Notes: generated by a model from the sequence alone, not told the origin. A stretch of 64,000 bases of DNA from Raja brachyura (GCA_963514005.1 OY740812.1:7316001-7380000), one strand, 5' to 3'; numbered from the stretch's first letter, positions 25,945 to 38,761 are shown. Translations and numbers: made by a program.

Positions 25945-26418
25945 TAATAGACAATAAACAATAGGTGCAGGAGTAGGCCATTCGGCCCTTCGTGCCGGCA
26001 CCGCCATTCAATGTGATCATGGCTGATCATCCCCAATCAGTACCCCGTTCCTGCTTTCTCCCCGTATTCCCTGACTCCACTATCTTTAAGAGCCCTATCT
26101 AGCTCTCTCTTGAAAGTGTCCAGAGAACCTCTGCGGGGTAGGCCATTTAGGACTACGGTGAGGAAGAACCTTTTCAGTCAGAGAGTTGTGAATCTGTGGG
26201 ATTCTCTGCCACAGAAGGCAGTGGAGACAAATTCACTGGATGTATTCAAGAGAGAGTTAGATATAGCTCTTAGGGCTAACGGAATCAAGTGATATGGGGA
26301 AAAAGCAGGAACAGGGTACTGATTCTAGATGATCAGCCATGATCATATTGAATGGCGGTGCTGGCTCAAAGGGCCGAATGGCCTACCTCCTGCACCTATT
26401 GTCTATATTTCTATGTTT
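25945..26418. mobile_element. Two CR1 3' ends abutting in opposite orientation
   Basis: Minus-strand copy to about 26130, plus-strand copy from about 26131, both with intact 3' tails. Confidence 0.8.
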
Positions 26419-26739
26419 CTCCAACGTAGTTGAGGCAATGGCTGAGCATTGTAATGAAAGAAAAAAGTTGGAAAAGATGAGGAAGTGTTTAGTCTTCCAC
26501 GGAAAATGCAGCACCAGATTTGTTACTCGGACAGCAGATACCTCAAATATTTGTGTGTTGAGGGTGGTATAATTCTGATCAAGGGTGCTCTGAAACCTTG
26601 CAAAATGATTTAGGAGAAAAACCAGTGGAATTTTCCATTGGAAGTACCTCAACCAAAAGCAGTGTACTGATGGATGGAGGTACATCATATTAGAGTTCTC
26701 GTAAATCCTGGTCCATGACATGGCCAAATATAAATTGCC

Positions 26740-27950
26740 ACTTATGAATATCTGAAGACTTAATAATCCTTTTATTGATAACTACCTGCCGTTTGATCTT
26801 TTGGGTGTCTCGGCGGCCAAGAAAATCTACCAGCTTTGCCAAATTGAGGTGAGGCCAACTCTGACGATACCAGACAGGAACTTGCAAAAGTTGATTGGAA
26901 TAGGTTGTTTGAGGGCAAAGGAAGATGCAGAACATGAGATGCTTCTACACGTGTGATCATGAGAGGTCAAGGTATGTGTATTCCTGTTGGAGTGAAGGGC
27001 AAGGCAGGTCAGAGTAAAAGAACCCTGGATGACAAGGCTCTGGTCAGGAAAAAGTGGGGATGGGTCAGGATTCGGTAGCTGGTATCAAGCATATCCCAGG
27101 AGGAACAGAGGGGGTCGAGGAGCATACTCAACAAGGGAATCAGGAGGACCAAGAGGGGGCATAATTTAACTCTGGCAGATAAGATGAAGAAAAATCCCAA
27201 GAGATGTTATTAATATGTTAAGGGTAAATAAGGTAACTAAAGAGCAAATAGTGTCCCTCAGAAACCAAAGTGTAGAGCTGCAGGTGAAGGCATGATCCAG
27301 AATGCCTTCTTATGTTTTTAACGTGGAGAAAGACTTGAAGAGTAGGGAATTTGGGAAAGTTAAGTTTAGTTTTTAGTTTAGAAATACAGCGTGGAAACAG
27401 GTCCTTCGGCCCACCGGGTCCGCGCCGACCAGCGATCCCCGCACATTAACACTATCCGACACCCACTACATTTATATCAAGCCAATTAACCTACGAACAT
27501 GCACGTCTTTGGAGTGTGGGAGGAAACCAAAGATCTCGGAGAAAACCCACGCAGGTCATGGGGAGAACATACAAACTCCAGACAGACGGCACTCGTACCC
27601 GGGTCTCCGGCGCTACATTCGCTGTAAGGCAGCAACTCTACCGCTGCGCCACCGTAATGGAGATGTCTTGAGAATAGTCTGTGTTACAGTCGAGGAGGTG
27701 TCATACGTCCAAAACCAATTAAGGTAGATAAATCTCCTGGGCCTGATCAGATTATATCCATGGACACTGTGGGAAGCTGGAGAAGAATTTGCAGGAGTCC
27801 TGACTGAGATGTACGAATCATCGTTAGTCACTGGTGAGACGCTGGAAGTCTGGACGCTGATTAATATGCCTCTATTTAGGAAAGGCTGCAAAGAAAAACC
27901 TGGGAACTATAGACTAGTCAGCCTAACATCTGTGGTGGGAAAGTTGAAGG
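26740..27950 (+). pseudogene. Degraded internal CR1 ORF2 segment, interrupted by an HE1/V-SINE (27362-27655, -)
   Basis: Remnant NMPLFRKGCKEKPGNYRLVSLTSVVGK, the pre-RT motif of CR1. Confidence 0.8.
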
Positions 27951-28489
27951 GTGAATGCACTGTGTCTTCTTCCAAGGGTTGGGGAATCAAAAATCATGAG
28001 TTGAGAACCGGACGGCACGGGTTTAAGTGGAAGGGGGAATGATTTTATAGGAATCTGAGAGGTAACCTTTTCACGCAAAGGGTGTTGGGTGTGTGGAACG
28101 AGATGCCGGAAGAGGATGTTGAGGCAGGGACTATCGCAACGTTTAAGAAGCAATCAGACAGGTACATGGGTAGGACAGGTTTAGAGGGATATGAGCCAAA
28201 GGCAGGCAGTGGGACTAGTGTGGGTGGGACATAGGTGGGAGAGGGCAACGGTTTAAGGAGAGAGGGGGGTGGGAGGGGGCTTGTGGGGGGGGGGGGGGGT
28301 CAAGAGTCAAGAGTGTTTTGTTGAAATATGTCCCAGATCGGACAATTAAATTCTTGCTTGCTTGGCTGTGGGGAAGAAGCTGTTCCTGAACCTGGACGTT
28401 ACAGTTTTCAGGCTCTTGTACCTTCTTCCTGATGGCAATGGTGAAATGAGTGTGGGACTTTGATGTTGGCTGCCTTTTTGAGGCAGTGG

Positions 28490-28640
28490 GAGGTGTGAAT
28501 AACCCGTAGGGGGGGGGGGGGGGGGGGGAAGGGGATGGGGGTGAATAACCCGGGGTGGGGGGGGGGGGGTGGGGGGGATGAGGCAGGTGATGTGAATAAC
28601 CCGGTTGGGGGGGCTGTGGCAGGAGGGCTGGGGCAGGGGA
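28490..28640 (+). repeat. G-run minisatellite with three GTGAATAACCCG cores
   Basis: Cores at 28495, 28541 and 28592, separated by long poly-G tracts. Confidence 0.8.
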
Positions 28641-29321
28641 TGTGGCACTCGGCAGCTTAAGTGCCCATTGTGATTGGTGCACTGAGAATGGCATTGTGAC
28701 ACCATCATTAGAATCTGCTGGAAAAAGGCTGTCTGTGAGAAGCGGGTTTTGGCTTTTTTTTTACTTTAATGGTGAATAACGTGAAATATAGCATGAAATG
28801 CGAAGGGAACCTGTTTATTGCATTGACCGGGTTAATGTGAGTAATAATCTGTCAAAAATTTAACTGTAGCGCGTAGTGTTTTGATGAATGTAGAAAAACA
28901 CTTACGGAAACAGGCACATAAGCACACGCACACACATACATACAAGATGAGACCTTTATAAGTACATAGATGAGTCAAACATGAGCAAATGGGATTAGCT
29001 TACTTGGGGCATGGGCGAGCTGGTCAAAAGAGCCTGTTTCCATGCTGGATTACTCCATGATTCTATAAAGGATAATATCTCAGGTGGAATTACTAAGATT
29101 GTAGAAGGCACTGAACACCAATCGATTGAGAGTGTGAAAACGGTTCCGGTTCTTATTGTTTGCACAGGCCCTTCCAATGAAGGGCCTTTTATGATGATTT
29201 ACATTGGTGAGGTCTGCAATGAATCATCATTGCACATCTGGCAAACATCTTTGATCACTTCAATTAGTTTCTGTAGGAAGGATGTCCAGTTACTCAAAGG
29301 GGCAGAAAAGATGACAGTTTT

Positions 29322-29632
29322 TAGATTAGTTTAGTTTAAAGATACAGCGTGGAACTAGGCCATTCGGCCCACCGAGTCCACGCCGACCAGCAATCCCCGC
29401 ATACTATCACGGTCCTATGCACCAGGGATAAGTTACAATTTTACCAAACCAATTAACCTACGAACCTGTACCTTTTTGGAGGGTGGGACGGAACCGGAAC
29501 TCCCAGTGAAAACCCACGCAGGTCACGGGGAGAACGTACAAACTCCACACGGACAGCAGATGCAATCAGGATTGAACCCGGGTCTCTGGGGCTGTAAGGC
29601 AGCAACTCCACCACTACACCACCATGCCACCC
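29322..29632 (-). mobile_element. HE1/V-SINE, full length
   Basis: tRNA-like head, V-domain, CR1-like tail and (AAACT)n. Confidence 0.85.
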
Positions 29633-31212
29633 AAAATGTGGCAGGTTAAAACAAAATGTGGATAGAAGGAGTCAGGCCCAGTTAGTCTGATAGATTTTCC
29701 CTGTTGAGGGAGTAGCTATTGCTGACAAGAAATATGTTAAAATTCAATGGTTGCTATCATTAAGCTCACCACCATCTGCATCCTGGGAGTCAACATTGAC
29801 CAGAAACACAACTGAAAAGCCACATAAATACCGTGATGCAAGAACGGTTCAGAGATGCACCGCAATTACTTGTCCAGGCCACTCCAACAGCAATTCCCAG
29901 TCCCATGACTTCTATTATTCTATTAAGAAGGCCAAAGGGTTTGGGTTCATGGGAAAGTTCCCCTCTTTGTCATCCACCATGTAGATTTGGAATTCTACCA
30001 CTGGTCTGTCATATGACGAAACCAAACTCCTGGGGCTCCTGGGCGGTGTGGGACTGCTTCATTAGAAAGACTGTAGTGGTTCAAGGTAGGAGTTTTGTTT
30101 AGAGTTACTGCCTTGACACAGGCCCTGTGGCCCACCGAGTTCATGCCCGCTCACATAAGTCCTGTTATCTAACTTTATAATCCACTCCCTACATACCAGA
30201 GATAGACACAAATTCCTGGAGTAACTCAGCAGGACAGACAGCATCTCTGGAGAGAAGAAAAATGCGTAACGTTTTGGGTTGAGACCCTTCTTCAGGCTGA
30301 GAGTCAAGGGAGGGGGAGACTAGAGATATGGAAGGTCAAGGTGTCGAAAAGAATAGATCAAAGCAGACAACGCTAAGAAAATGTAGAATGGTTCATCCTG
30401 CTCGGTTGTAAGTTCTGTGCCTATCTTCGGTGTAAACCAGCATCTGCAGTTCCTTCCCACACATCAAGGCCATTTCACAGAAGCCTATTAACCTACAAAT
30501 CCCCACGTCTTTGAGAAGTGGGAGGGAATCCATGGGGTCACAGGGCGCGTGTGCAAACTCCACACCCAGGTCTCTGGCGCTGCGAGGCAGCAGCTCTACC
30601 AGCTGTACCACCGTGCCGTCCCACAGGTCACCACCTTTCATCTTTTCACAGGCAATTGCAGATGGGTAACAAATGCTGTTCTTGGTGGCAGTGCCCATGA
30701 ACAAAGATGGGAATAAAAACAGGACACTTGGGCTAAGTTCTAGTTTGCCTAGCTTTTACTGTGATCTTTTCGGATAGGAGCAGAATTAGGCCATTCGGCC
30801 CATCGAGTCTATTCCGTCATTCAGTCGTGACTTGATCACCCACTCCTAACCCCATTTTCCTGCCTTCTCCCCATAACCTCTGACACTCGTACGAATCAAG
30901 ACACTGAACTGTAGCTTCGATGGAAATGAAATGTCCAGCTACATGCCCTGTTGGTGACCTCTGTCAACACTCTCTCCCACTGGCAGATTAAAGTACGTGA
31001 GCGAGAGGGCTTTCAGTGACAGTCTGCATACACAGCTTCCTCTGTAATGCCACAACTGAAATGTAGCAGCCATTCTGTCAGAGTTAGAGATCATAAACGG
31101 CCCACCAATGCTGCCCCATTCTTAATTACATTCTCTGACACGCTGTTTCCCCCCCCCCCCCCCCCCCCCGATTCCAAACCCCTTCCCTCGGCCCTGCTCC
31201 AATGCTTAGTTT

Positions 31213-31500
31213 TAGACAATAGACAATAGGTGCAGGAGTAGGCCATTTGGCCCTTCGAGCCAGCACCGCCATTTAATGTGATCATGGCTGATCATCCCCT
31301 ATCAGTACCCCGTTCCTGCCTTCTCACCATCTCCCCTGACTCCGCTATCTTTAAGAGCTGTATCTAACTCTCACTTGAAAGCATCCAGAGAATTGGCCTC
31401 CACTGCATTTCTGAGGCAGCGAATTCCACAGATTCACAAGGCTCTGGGTGAAAAGGTTTTCCCTCATCTCCGTTCTAAATGGCCTACCCCTTATTCTTAA
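31213..31500 (-). mobile_element. CR1 LINE 3' end
   Basis: LRIRGRPFRTEMRENLFTQ remnant and conserved 3' stem GGCTCGAAGGGCC. Confidence 0.85.
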
Positions 31501-31887
31501 GGTTTTGTGGGAATGAAAACATGAATTCACAGAACATTTAGTTGTCTGGAACTTGCTCTCATGTGCCTGGAATGCATTTGTTTTCATTTCGAAGTTGGGT
31601 AAATAGCTTTTGCTAAATAAGGGAGAGAAAAAAAAAATTCTCGTGAAAGCTGCTCGCAACTGATGCATGTGAACCAGATTCTGCTCAACGGATATGTTGT
31701 GAGTTCTCCTAACGTTATGCTCAGGGATACATCTCTGGGGAATTTGACTGCAAGTCAAAACAACTCATGCTAACATTATACAGGCCGGTGGTGAGGCAAC
31801 TCATAAAATGCTAGTGGAGGAGGAGCGGGAACGATTAGCTTGGATAACGTCACAACTTGCGGGGAGATTTGGGGGAGGTGAGACTTA

Positions 31888-32203
31888 TAGTTTAGTTTAG
31901 TTTAGAAATACAGCACCGAAACTGCCCTTTTGGCCCACCGAGTCCGCACCGCCCAGCGATCCCCGCACATTAACACTACCCCACACACACCAGGGACAAT
32001 TCACATTTATACCAAGGCAATTAACCTACAAACCTGTGCGTCTTTGGAGTGTGGGAGGAAACCAAAGATCTCGGGGAAAGTCCACGCAGGTCACAGGGAG
32101 AACGTACTAACTCTGTACAGACAGCACCCGTGTTCGGGATCGAACCAGACTCTTTGGCGCTGTAAGGCAGCAACTCTACCGCTGCGCCACCGTGCCGCCC
32201 CCT
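31888..32203 (-). mobile_element. HE1/V-SINE, full length
   Basis: Minus strand starts GGGGGCGGCACGGTGGCGCAGCGG; B box and V-domain present. Confidence 0.85.
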
Positions 32204-33508
32204 AAAGTTCTAACGACATGACAACTTCCTTTCACTGGTGAAACTATGACTAAGGTTTAAGGGGTTGAGGAAAATGAAGAGTAACTGTTGAGAAAGTTAA
32301 TGTCTTTTTGTCTTGTTTCACGTTTAACTTTTACTCTGGGGAACTGAGTACACACATGTAGACTGGCAGTCCACCGTCAAGGGTAGACACAACATGCTGG
32401 AGTCAAAACGTCCCCTAGCCTGACCCGCTGAGTTACTCCAGCACTTGTGTCTATCTATCTTTGGTACAAACCAGCGTCAACAGTTCGTCTCTGTCACCAC
32501 TGTTAAGGGTCTTGTTTTTCAGACGAGAGGCTAAAATGCTGCCCTATCTGATCTCTCGGGCAGATTTAAGTAACAAATTTCCCCATGCACCCTTTTGAAG
32601 AAGAACCCTGTGCCTTGGATAATATTTGTCATTCTTTACCACTAAAAACAGATTCTTTAGTCATTGTGACTGTTTTTTGTGGGGACCTGCTGTGTTCAGA
32701 TTGGCTGCTGGTACTGCACTTAAAACTATAACATTATTTCAGCTGTAATGCCCAATGGAGTATTTTGGGAAGGATATGAAAGTTGGTATATTAATGCAGA
32801 TATTTACGGGTTGGAACCAGAAAGAACCATGCAAGAAGTACCCAGCACTTTGGGTGGTTTCAATGTGCGGGGATCGCTGGTCGGCGCGGACTCAATGGGC
32901 TGAAGGGTCTGTTTCCGCGCCAGACTAAACTAAGATACCGTACCTACACACGTCCACCTATCCCCTGCTCCCTGTCAAAGCAGGCAAGGCAAACATACTG
33001 CACATTGGACAGGAGCAGACAAACTACTCCAACTAATCATTCCTGCCTTTGTTTATACTTTCAAGTGCTGAATCCTATTCTTAAATTAACCATTTTCCAA
33101 CACACCCTACTGGAGTTACCTAGTAACAGAACTACTTCTGCTCAAAGGCTGAACTCCAGAATGAGCTCATGTCTAATGTTCCCAGCTAGCTCCGCGGTGC
33201 CTCCAAATACTGACCATGTCACAGTCACGTCCAACGTCACGGCTGTGTTGATTAACGGAGGGGGTGGGGGAGAGGGGGTTTATTTGCAGTCAGCCACTTG
33301 ATTAGTCAAATATGCACAGACCCACTGAAAGTGACACTCAGACTGGAGCAGCATGCAATCTGACTTTCACCAACCCATCAAACAACAGAGTCCCACCCTG
33401 CCGGGTGTCATGGTGTTACATGAAACATAGAACAGTACAACGCAGAAAGGCAACAGGCCATTCGGCCCACAACGCCTGTGCTGACCGCGGAACCAAATTA
33501 AACTTAGT

Positions 33509-33825
33509 CGGTCACGGTGGCGGGGCGGTAGAGTTGCTGCCTTACAGCGAATACAGCGCCGGAGACCCGGGTTCCATCCTGTGTCTCAGGTGCTGTCTGT
33601 ACAGAGTTAGTACTTTCTCTCTGTTACTTGTGTAGGTTTTCTCCGGGATCTTCGGTTTCCTCCCACACTCCAAAGACGTACAGGTTTGTAGGTTAATCGG
33701 CTTGGTATAAGTGTAAAAATTGTCCCTAGTGGCTGTAGGATAATGTTAATATGCGGGGATCGTTGGTCGGCGCGGACCTGATGGGCCGAAGGGCCTGTTT
33801 CCGTGCTGTAACTCTACACTAAACT
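33509..33825 (+). mobile_element. HE1/V-SINE, full length
   Basis: Head, V-domain and tail GGGCCGAAGGGCCTGTTTCC. Confidence 0.85.
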
Positions 33826-35097
33826 ATTTGCCTACATGTGATCCATATCCTTCCATTCCCAGCCTGTTCATGCGCCTGTCCAAATGACCCTTTAATTTCA
33901 CTATCGTATCTGCTTCTACCACTTCCCCTGGCAGCCACCATTCTGTGTGCAAAGAGAAAGAGCTCCTCACCTAAGTCTCCTTTAAACTCTGTGGAATTCT
34001 CTGCCACAGAAGGCAGTGTGTGACTGATTCACTGGATGTTTTCAAGAGAGAGTTAGATTTAGCTCTTTGGGCTAACGGAATCAAGGGATTTGGGGGAAAA
34101 AACAAGAACGCGGTACTGATTTTGGAAGATGAGCCATGATCACATTGAATGGCGGTGCTGGCTCGAAGGGCCGAATGGCCTATTCCTGCACCTATTGTCT
34201 ATGTTTCCAAACCGAATTCCCTGTAGTATTTACATAGGAACTGGAGGATGGAGCATCCGTATGACGATAGTCTTCCTGAGCTGACGTTTAACACCGTACC
34301 TTGGTACATGTGATAATAAAGAAACTATTGACCATTGATGCCGTCTGGGAGTTAGATAGGGCGAACGCACACAGTCGGTTCCCCAGCGATGGGGAATCGA
34401 GAATGAAAGGGCACAGGTTTAGGTGCGAGGGAAAATATTTAATAAATACCTGAGGGGCAACATTTTTACATAGGGTGGCTGGGAGATGGAACGAGCTACC
34501 AGACAAACTGGTTTAGGCAGGCACTATAACAAAGTTTGAAAGGTGTTTGGACTCTTTAGTCAGAGGGTGATGAATCTGTGGAAGTCTTTGCCACAGAAAG
34601 CCGTGAAGCGTGGAGGCCGTGAAGGGTGGAGGCCAAGTCAGTGGATATTTTTAAGGCAGAGATAGATAGATTCTTGATTATTACAGGTGTCAGAGGTTAT
34701 GGGGAGAAAGCAGGAGAATGGGGTCAGGAGGGAGTGATAGATCAGCCATGATTGAATGGCAGAATAGACATGATGGACCGAATGGCCTAATTCTACTCCT
34801 CTCACTTATGACAACTAACTGGATAGGAAATGTTTGGAGGGATATGGGTCAAATGGGACAGTGTAGATGGGCATCTTGGTCGGCATGGATGTGTTGGGCT
34901 GAAGGGCCTGTTTGTGTGCTTTATATACCAGATGTGTTGTATAAACTTCTATCAAGAGGTTTATTCCATGGACAGAGAGTTGCATTTGAAGAGATTCTCA
35001 AAGCATCCAAGAGTCTATTTTGATAAATAAAATAATAAAATAAATAAAATAAAATAAAGATTTTGTGGCTATCTTCGGTTTCAACCAGCATCTGCAA

Positions 35098-35398
35098 TTT
35101 AGTTTAGTTTAGTTTAGAAACAGGCCCTTCGGCCCACCGAGTCTGTGCCGACCAGCGATCCCAGCACACTAACACACACTAGGGACAATTTACACTTAGA
35201 CCAAGCTAATTAACCTACAAACCTGTACGTTTTTGGAGTGTGGGAGGAAACAGAAGATCTCGGAGAAAACCCGCGCGGGTCATGGGGAGGACGTACAAAC
35301 TCCGTACAGACAGCACCCGTAGTCGGGATCGAACCCTGATCTCTGGCGCTGCAAGCGCTGTAAGGCAGCAACTCTACCGCTGCGCCACCGTGCCACCA
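35098..35398 (-). mobile_element. HE1/V-SINE inserted into a Neptune unit
   Basis: PLE sequence CCAGCATCTGCA before and CAGTTCCTTCCTACAC after the SINE. Confidence 0.8.
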
Positions 35399-35478
35399 GT
35401 TCCTTCCTACACGTACTGTAAGTAAATGAATATTGCTTCTACCCCACAATATAGCAGGGACATGTGATGCAAGTCTAA

Positions 35479-36066
35479 AGGGCCTGTCCCACCAGCATGC
35501 AACTCGATGCGATTAGCGCGACCTAACGTGTTCGCTTGAGCCGTCCGGCGTCGCCGGGCCGGTCCCACTTCGATCGCCGGAGCCGTGCGGAATTGTGCGG
35601 AGTTTGTCCCGAGTTCGTCCCGATGCCGCGCGGGGCTCCGAAAAACCGACAATGTCCAAAAATCCCGCGCGGCAACGGTTTGTCGGCTCGCAGTCGCCGC
35701 AACATTTACACACCGCCCGGACATCGTGCCTCCGTGAAACTATTTGTAAGTGCCTCCGTGACCCTCTATGTGTGTGGCTCCGTGGCCCTGTATGTGTGTG
35801 TGTCTCGGTGCCCCTCTCTGTGTGCCCCTCTAAGTCCTGGCGAACTTACCTTGGACTTGCTTCAAGTTCGCCTCGCATTGCGCCGCGTTGCGCCACTCAC
35901 CCAACCTCCGCGCGGCCCCTACTGCCGGTTTAGTTGCGCTTGCCGCATGCAGGCGCATGCTGGTGGGACCGGCCCTGTACAGGGGATCACCCGACCTCCG
36001 CGCGGCCCCCGCTGCCGGTTTGATCGCGTTCATCGCATATAGTTGCGTGCTGGTGGGACAGGCCCT
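35479..36066. mobile_element. Young CpG-rich PIF/Harbinger non-autonomous transposon
   Basis: 26-bp TIR AGGGCCTGTCCCACCAGCA(T/C)GCAACT with 1 mismatch; TAA TSD at 35476-35478 and 36067-36069. Confidence 0.88.
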
Positions 36067-36321
36067 TAAATCGCAGGTGTTGTAGAGAGAATGACTTTGC
36101 ATCCTCATGTTTTCTAGTGCTCAGGTGGATTGGGGTCCTTGAGGGTCCGGTTGGTGTCAGTGGGGGAGGTTTTAGTTGTGGAAACTAGATCAGGTCAATG
36201 GGTGCCTGCACTGAGGTAAGGCCTGTCAGGGGACCAGCTCATTGATGCCCGGCCTTGAAATTAACTCATAGAAACAACAAACCACCGTTACTCATTCATA
36301 CACCAAAGGACACGAGGCATG

Positions 36322-36617
36322 GGGTGGTGCCGTGGTAGAGTTCCACAGCGCCAGAGACCTGGGTTCGATCCTGACTGCGGGTGCTGTCTGTACGGAGTTT
36401 GTACGCTCGCCCCGTGACCTGCGTGGGCTTTTTCCGGGTGCTCCAGATTCCTCCCACACTCCAAAGATGTACAGGTCTGTAGGTAGATTTTGCTTCAATA
36501 AATACTATAAATTGTCCCGAGTGTGTGGGATAGTACTAGTGTATGGTAATTACTTTCAGTGTAGACACGGTGGGCTGAAGGGCCTGTTTCCGAGCTGTAT
36601 CTTGCTAAACTAAACTA
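36322..36617 (+). mobile_element. HE1/V-SINE, full length
   Basis: B box GGTTCGATCC, V-domain, (AAACT)n tail. Confidence 0.85.
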
Positions 36618-36921
36618 ATGACACAAAGTGCTGGTGTAACTCAGCAGATCAGGCAGCATCTCTGGAGAACATGGATAGGTGACGTTTTGGGCCGAGATCT
36701 ATCGGAAGTCCCAATATTAGGTTTTAAAATTGTACTCAATCTTATATAACATGATCACTTACACTTTTGTTTAATTCCAAACCCCTCCTTCGTAAAAAGC
36801 TGGAGTTTAGAAATAAATTGGATAAAAACAAACAAAATTTTGATTGATGAAAGATACAGCATGGAAACAGGCCCTTCGGCCCGCCGAGACCATGCTAAAG
36901 ATCAATCACCAGTTCACACTA

Positions 36922-37873
36922 ATTCAATGTGGATAAATGTGAGGTTCTCCACTTTGGTGGCAAAAACAGGAAAGCAGACTATTATCTAAATGGTGGCCGA
37001 TTAGGAAAAGGGGAGATGCAGCGAGACCTGGGTGTCATGGTACATCAGTCATTGAAAGTAGGCATGCAAGTGCAGCAGGCAGTGAAGGAAGCGAATGGTA
37101 TGTTAGCTTTCATAGCAAAAGGATTTGAGTATAGGAGCAGGGAGGTTCTACTTTAGTTGTACAGGGTCTTGGTGAGACCACACCTGGAATATTGCGTACA
37201 GTTTTGGTCTCCTAATCTGAGGAAATACATTCTTGCCATAGAGGGAGTACAGAGAAGATTCACTAGACTGATTCCTGAGATGTCAGTTCTACTTCAGTTG
37301 TACAGGGTTTTGGTGAGACCACACCTGGAGTATTGCATACAGTTTTGGTCCTCAAATCTGAGGAAGGACATTATTGCCATAGAGGGAGTGCAGAGTTCAC
37401 CAGACTGATTCCTGGGATGTCAGGACTGTCTTATGAAGAAAGACTGGATTCGGTTTATACTCTTGAATTTAGGAGATTGAGAGGGGATCTTATAGAAACT
37501 TACAAAATTCTTAAGGGGTTGGACAGGCTAGATGCAGGAAGATTGTTCCCGATGTTGGGGAAGTCCAGGACAAGGGGTCACATCTTAAGGATAAGGGGGA
37601 AATCCTTTAAGACTGAGATGAGAAATACTTTTTTCACACAGAGAATGGTGGGTCTCTGGAACTCTCTACACAGAGGGTAGTTGAGGCCAGTTCATTGGCT
37701 ATATTTAAGAGGGAGTTAGATGTGGCCCTTGTGGCAAAGGGGATCAGAGGGTATGGAGAGAAGGCAGGTACGGGATACTGAGTTGTATGATCAGCCATGA
37801 TCACATTGAATGGCGGTGCAGGCTCGAAGGGCCGAATGGCCTACTCCTGCACCTAATTTCTATGTTTCTATGT
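36922..37873 (+). mobile_element. CR1 LINE ORF2 3' portion and 3' UTR, with internal 141-bp tandem duplication
   Basis: [48 protein letters not shown]; (TTTCTATG)n tail. Confidence 0.92.
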
Positions 37874-38761
37874 TATCCCACTTTCACATCTACTCCTTAC
37901 ACTAGAGGGGCAATTTACAGAAGTCAATGAACCTACAAAGCTGCACGTCTTTGGGATGTGGGAGGAAACTGGAGGACCCAGAGCAAACCCACATGGTCAC
38001 AGGGAGAACGTGCAAACTCCACACAGGCAGCACCTGAGGTTAGGACCAAACATGTCTCTCTCTCTGTCTGTCAGTCTGTCTGTTCATCTCCCTCTCCCCT
38101 CTCCCTCTCCCTCTCCCCCTCCCCTTCCCACACACACACTACTGTGACTCCAGGCACTCAGCTACAACTTGTTGCTCTGCTTCCGTCTGGATGAGTTCCA
38201 CATAAACGTTGGTTTTACTGCCGTCTTCTCACAATTACTTGATTTATTTTGAATATTTCCAGAAAAACAATAGATCTGAGCTTTCAAAGTCCAGGAGCCA
38301 GAACAATCATCTCTACCTGAACTGACACTCGGGTTAAAGGAAAAATAAAAGTTTGAATGATGAAACCAATCCACTTTTCAGAGCAGGAAAGGAATTCAGT
38401 GGGAGGAAGCAATGAAGCAAAACTACCCTTTAGAATTTGTGACAATAGAACTGCCCATTTATTTTCAATAAAGTGAGTGCTGATGGTGAAATAGTCCTTT
38501 CCTGCCACGACTGGTGAGTTGCTAACTAATTACACTCAGTCTGAAGAAGGGTTTCGGCCCGAAACGTTGCCCATTTCCTTCGCTCCATAGATGCTGCCTC
38601 ACCCGCTGAGTTTCTCCAGCATTTTTGTCTACCTACAGTTTCTCAGTAGCTGGTTGAAATCACGGTGCTTCAGCCAAGATAGGAGGGAGAATTATTTGAG
38701 CACAATTTCACCGTCCATGTCTTCAGATCCACTGAAGCAATGCCCAGGACTCGGAGTGAAC

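Noticed and set aside
28215-28708. Proline-rich 159-aa and 120-aa ORFs
   Set aside because: Translation of poly-C runs plus a Rex1 fragment
31888-32203. tRNA genes suggested by A/B boxes here and in similar copies
   Set aside because: They are SINE heads continuing into the V-domain and LINE tail; no cloverleaf or terminator
35407-36108. Cluster of overlapping Arg/Pro-rich ORFs
   Set aside because: Stop-poor GC-rich interior of the Harbinger element; no transposase motifs
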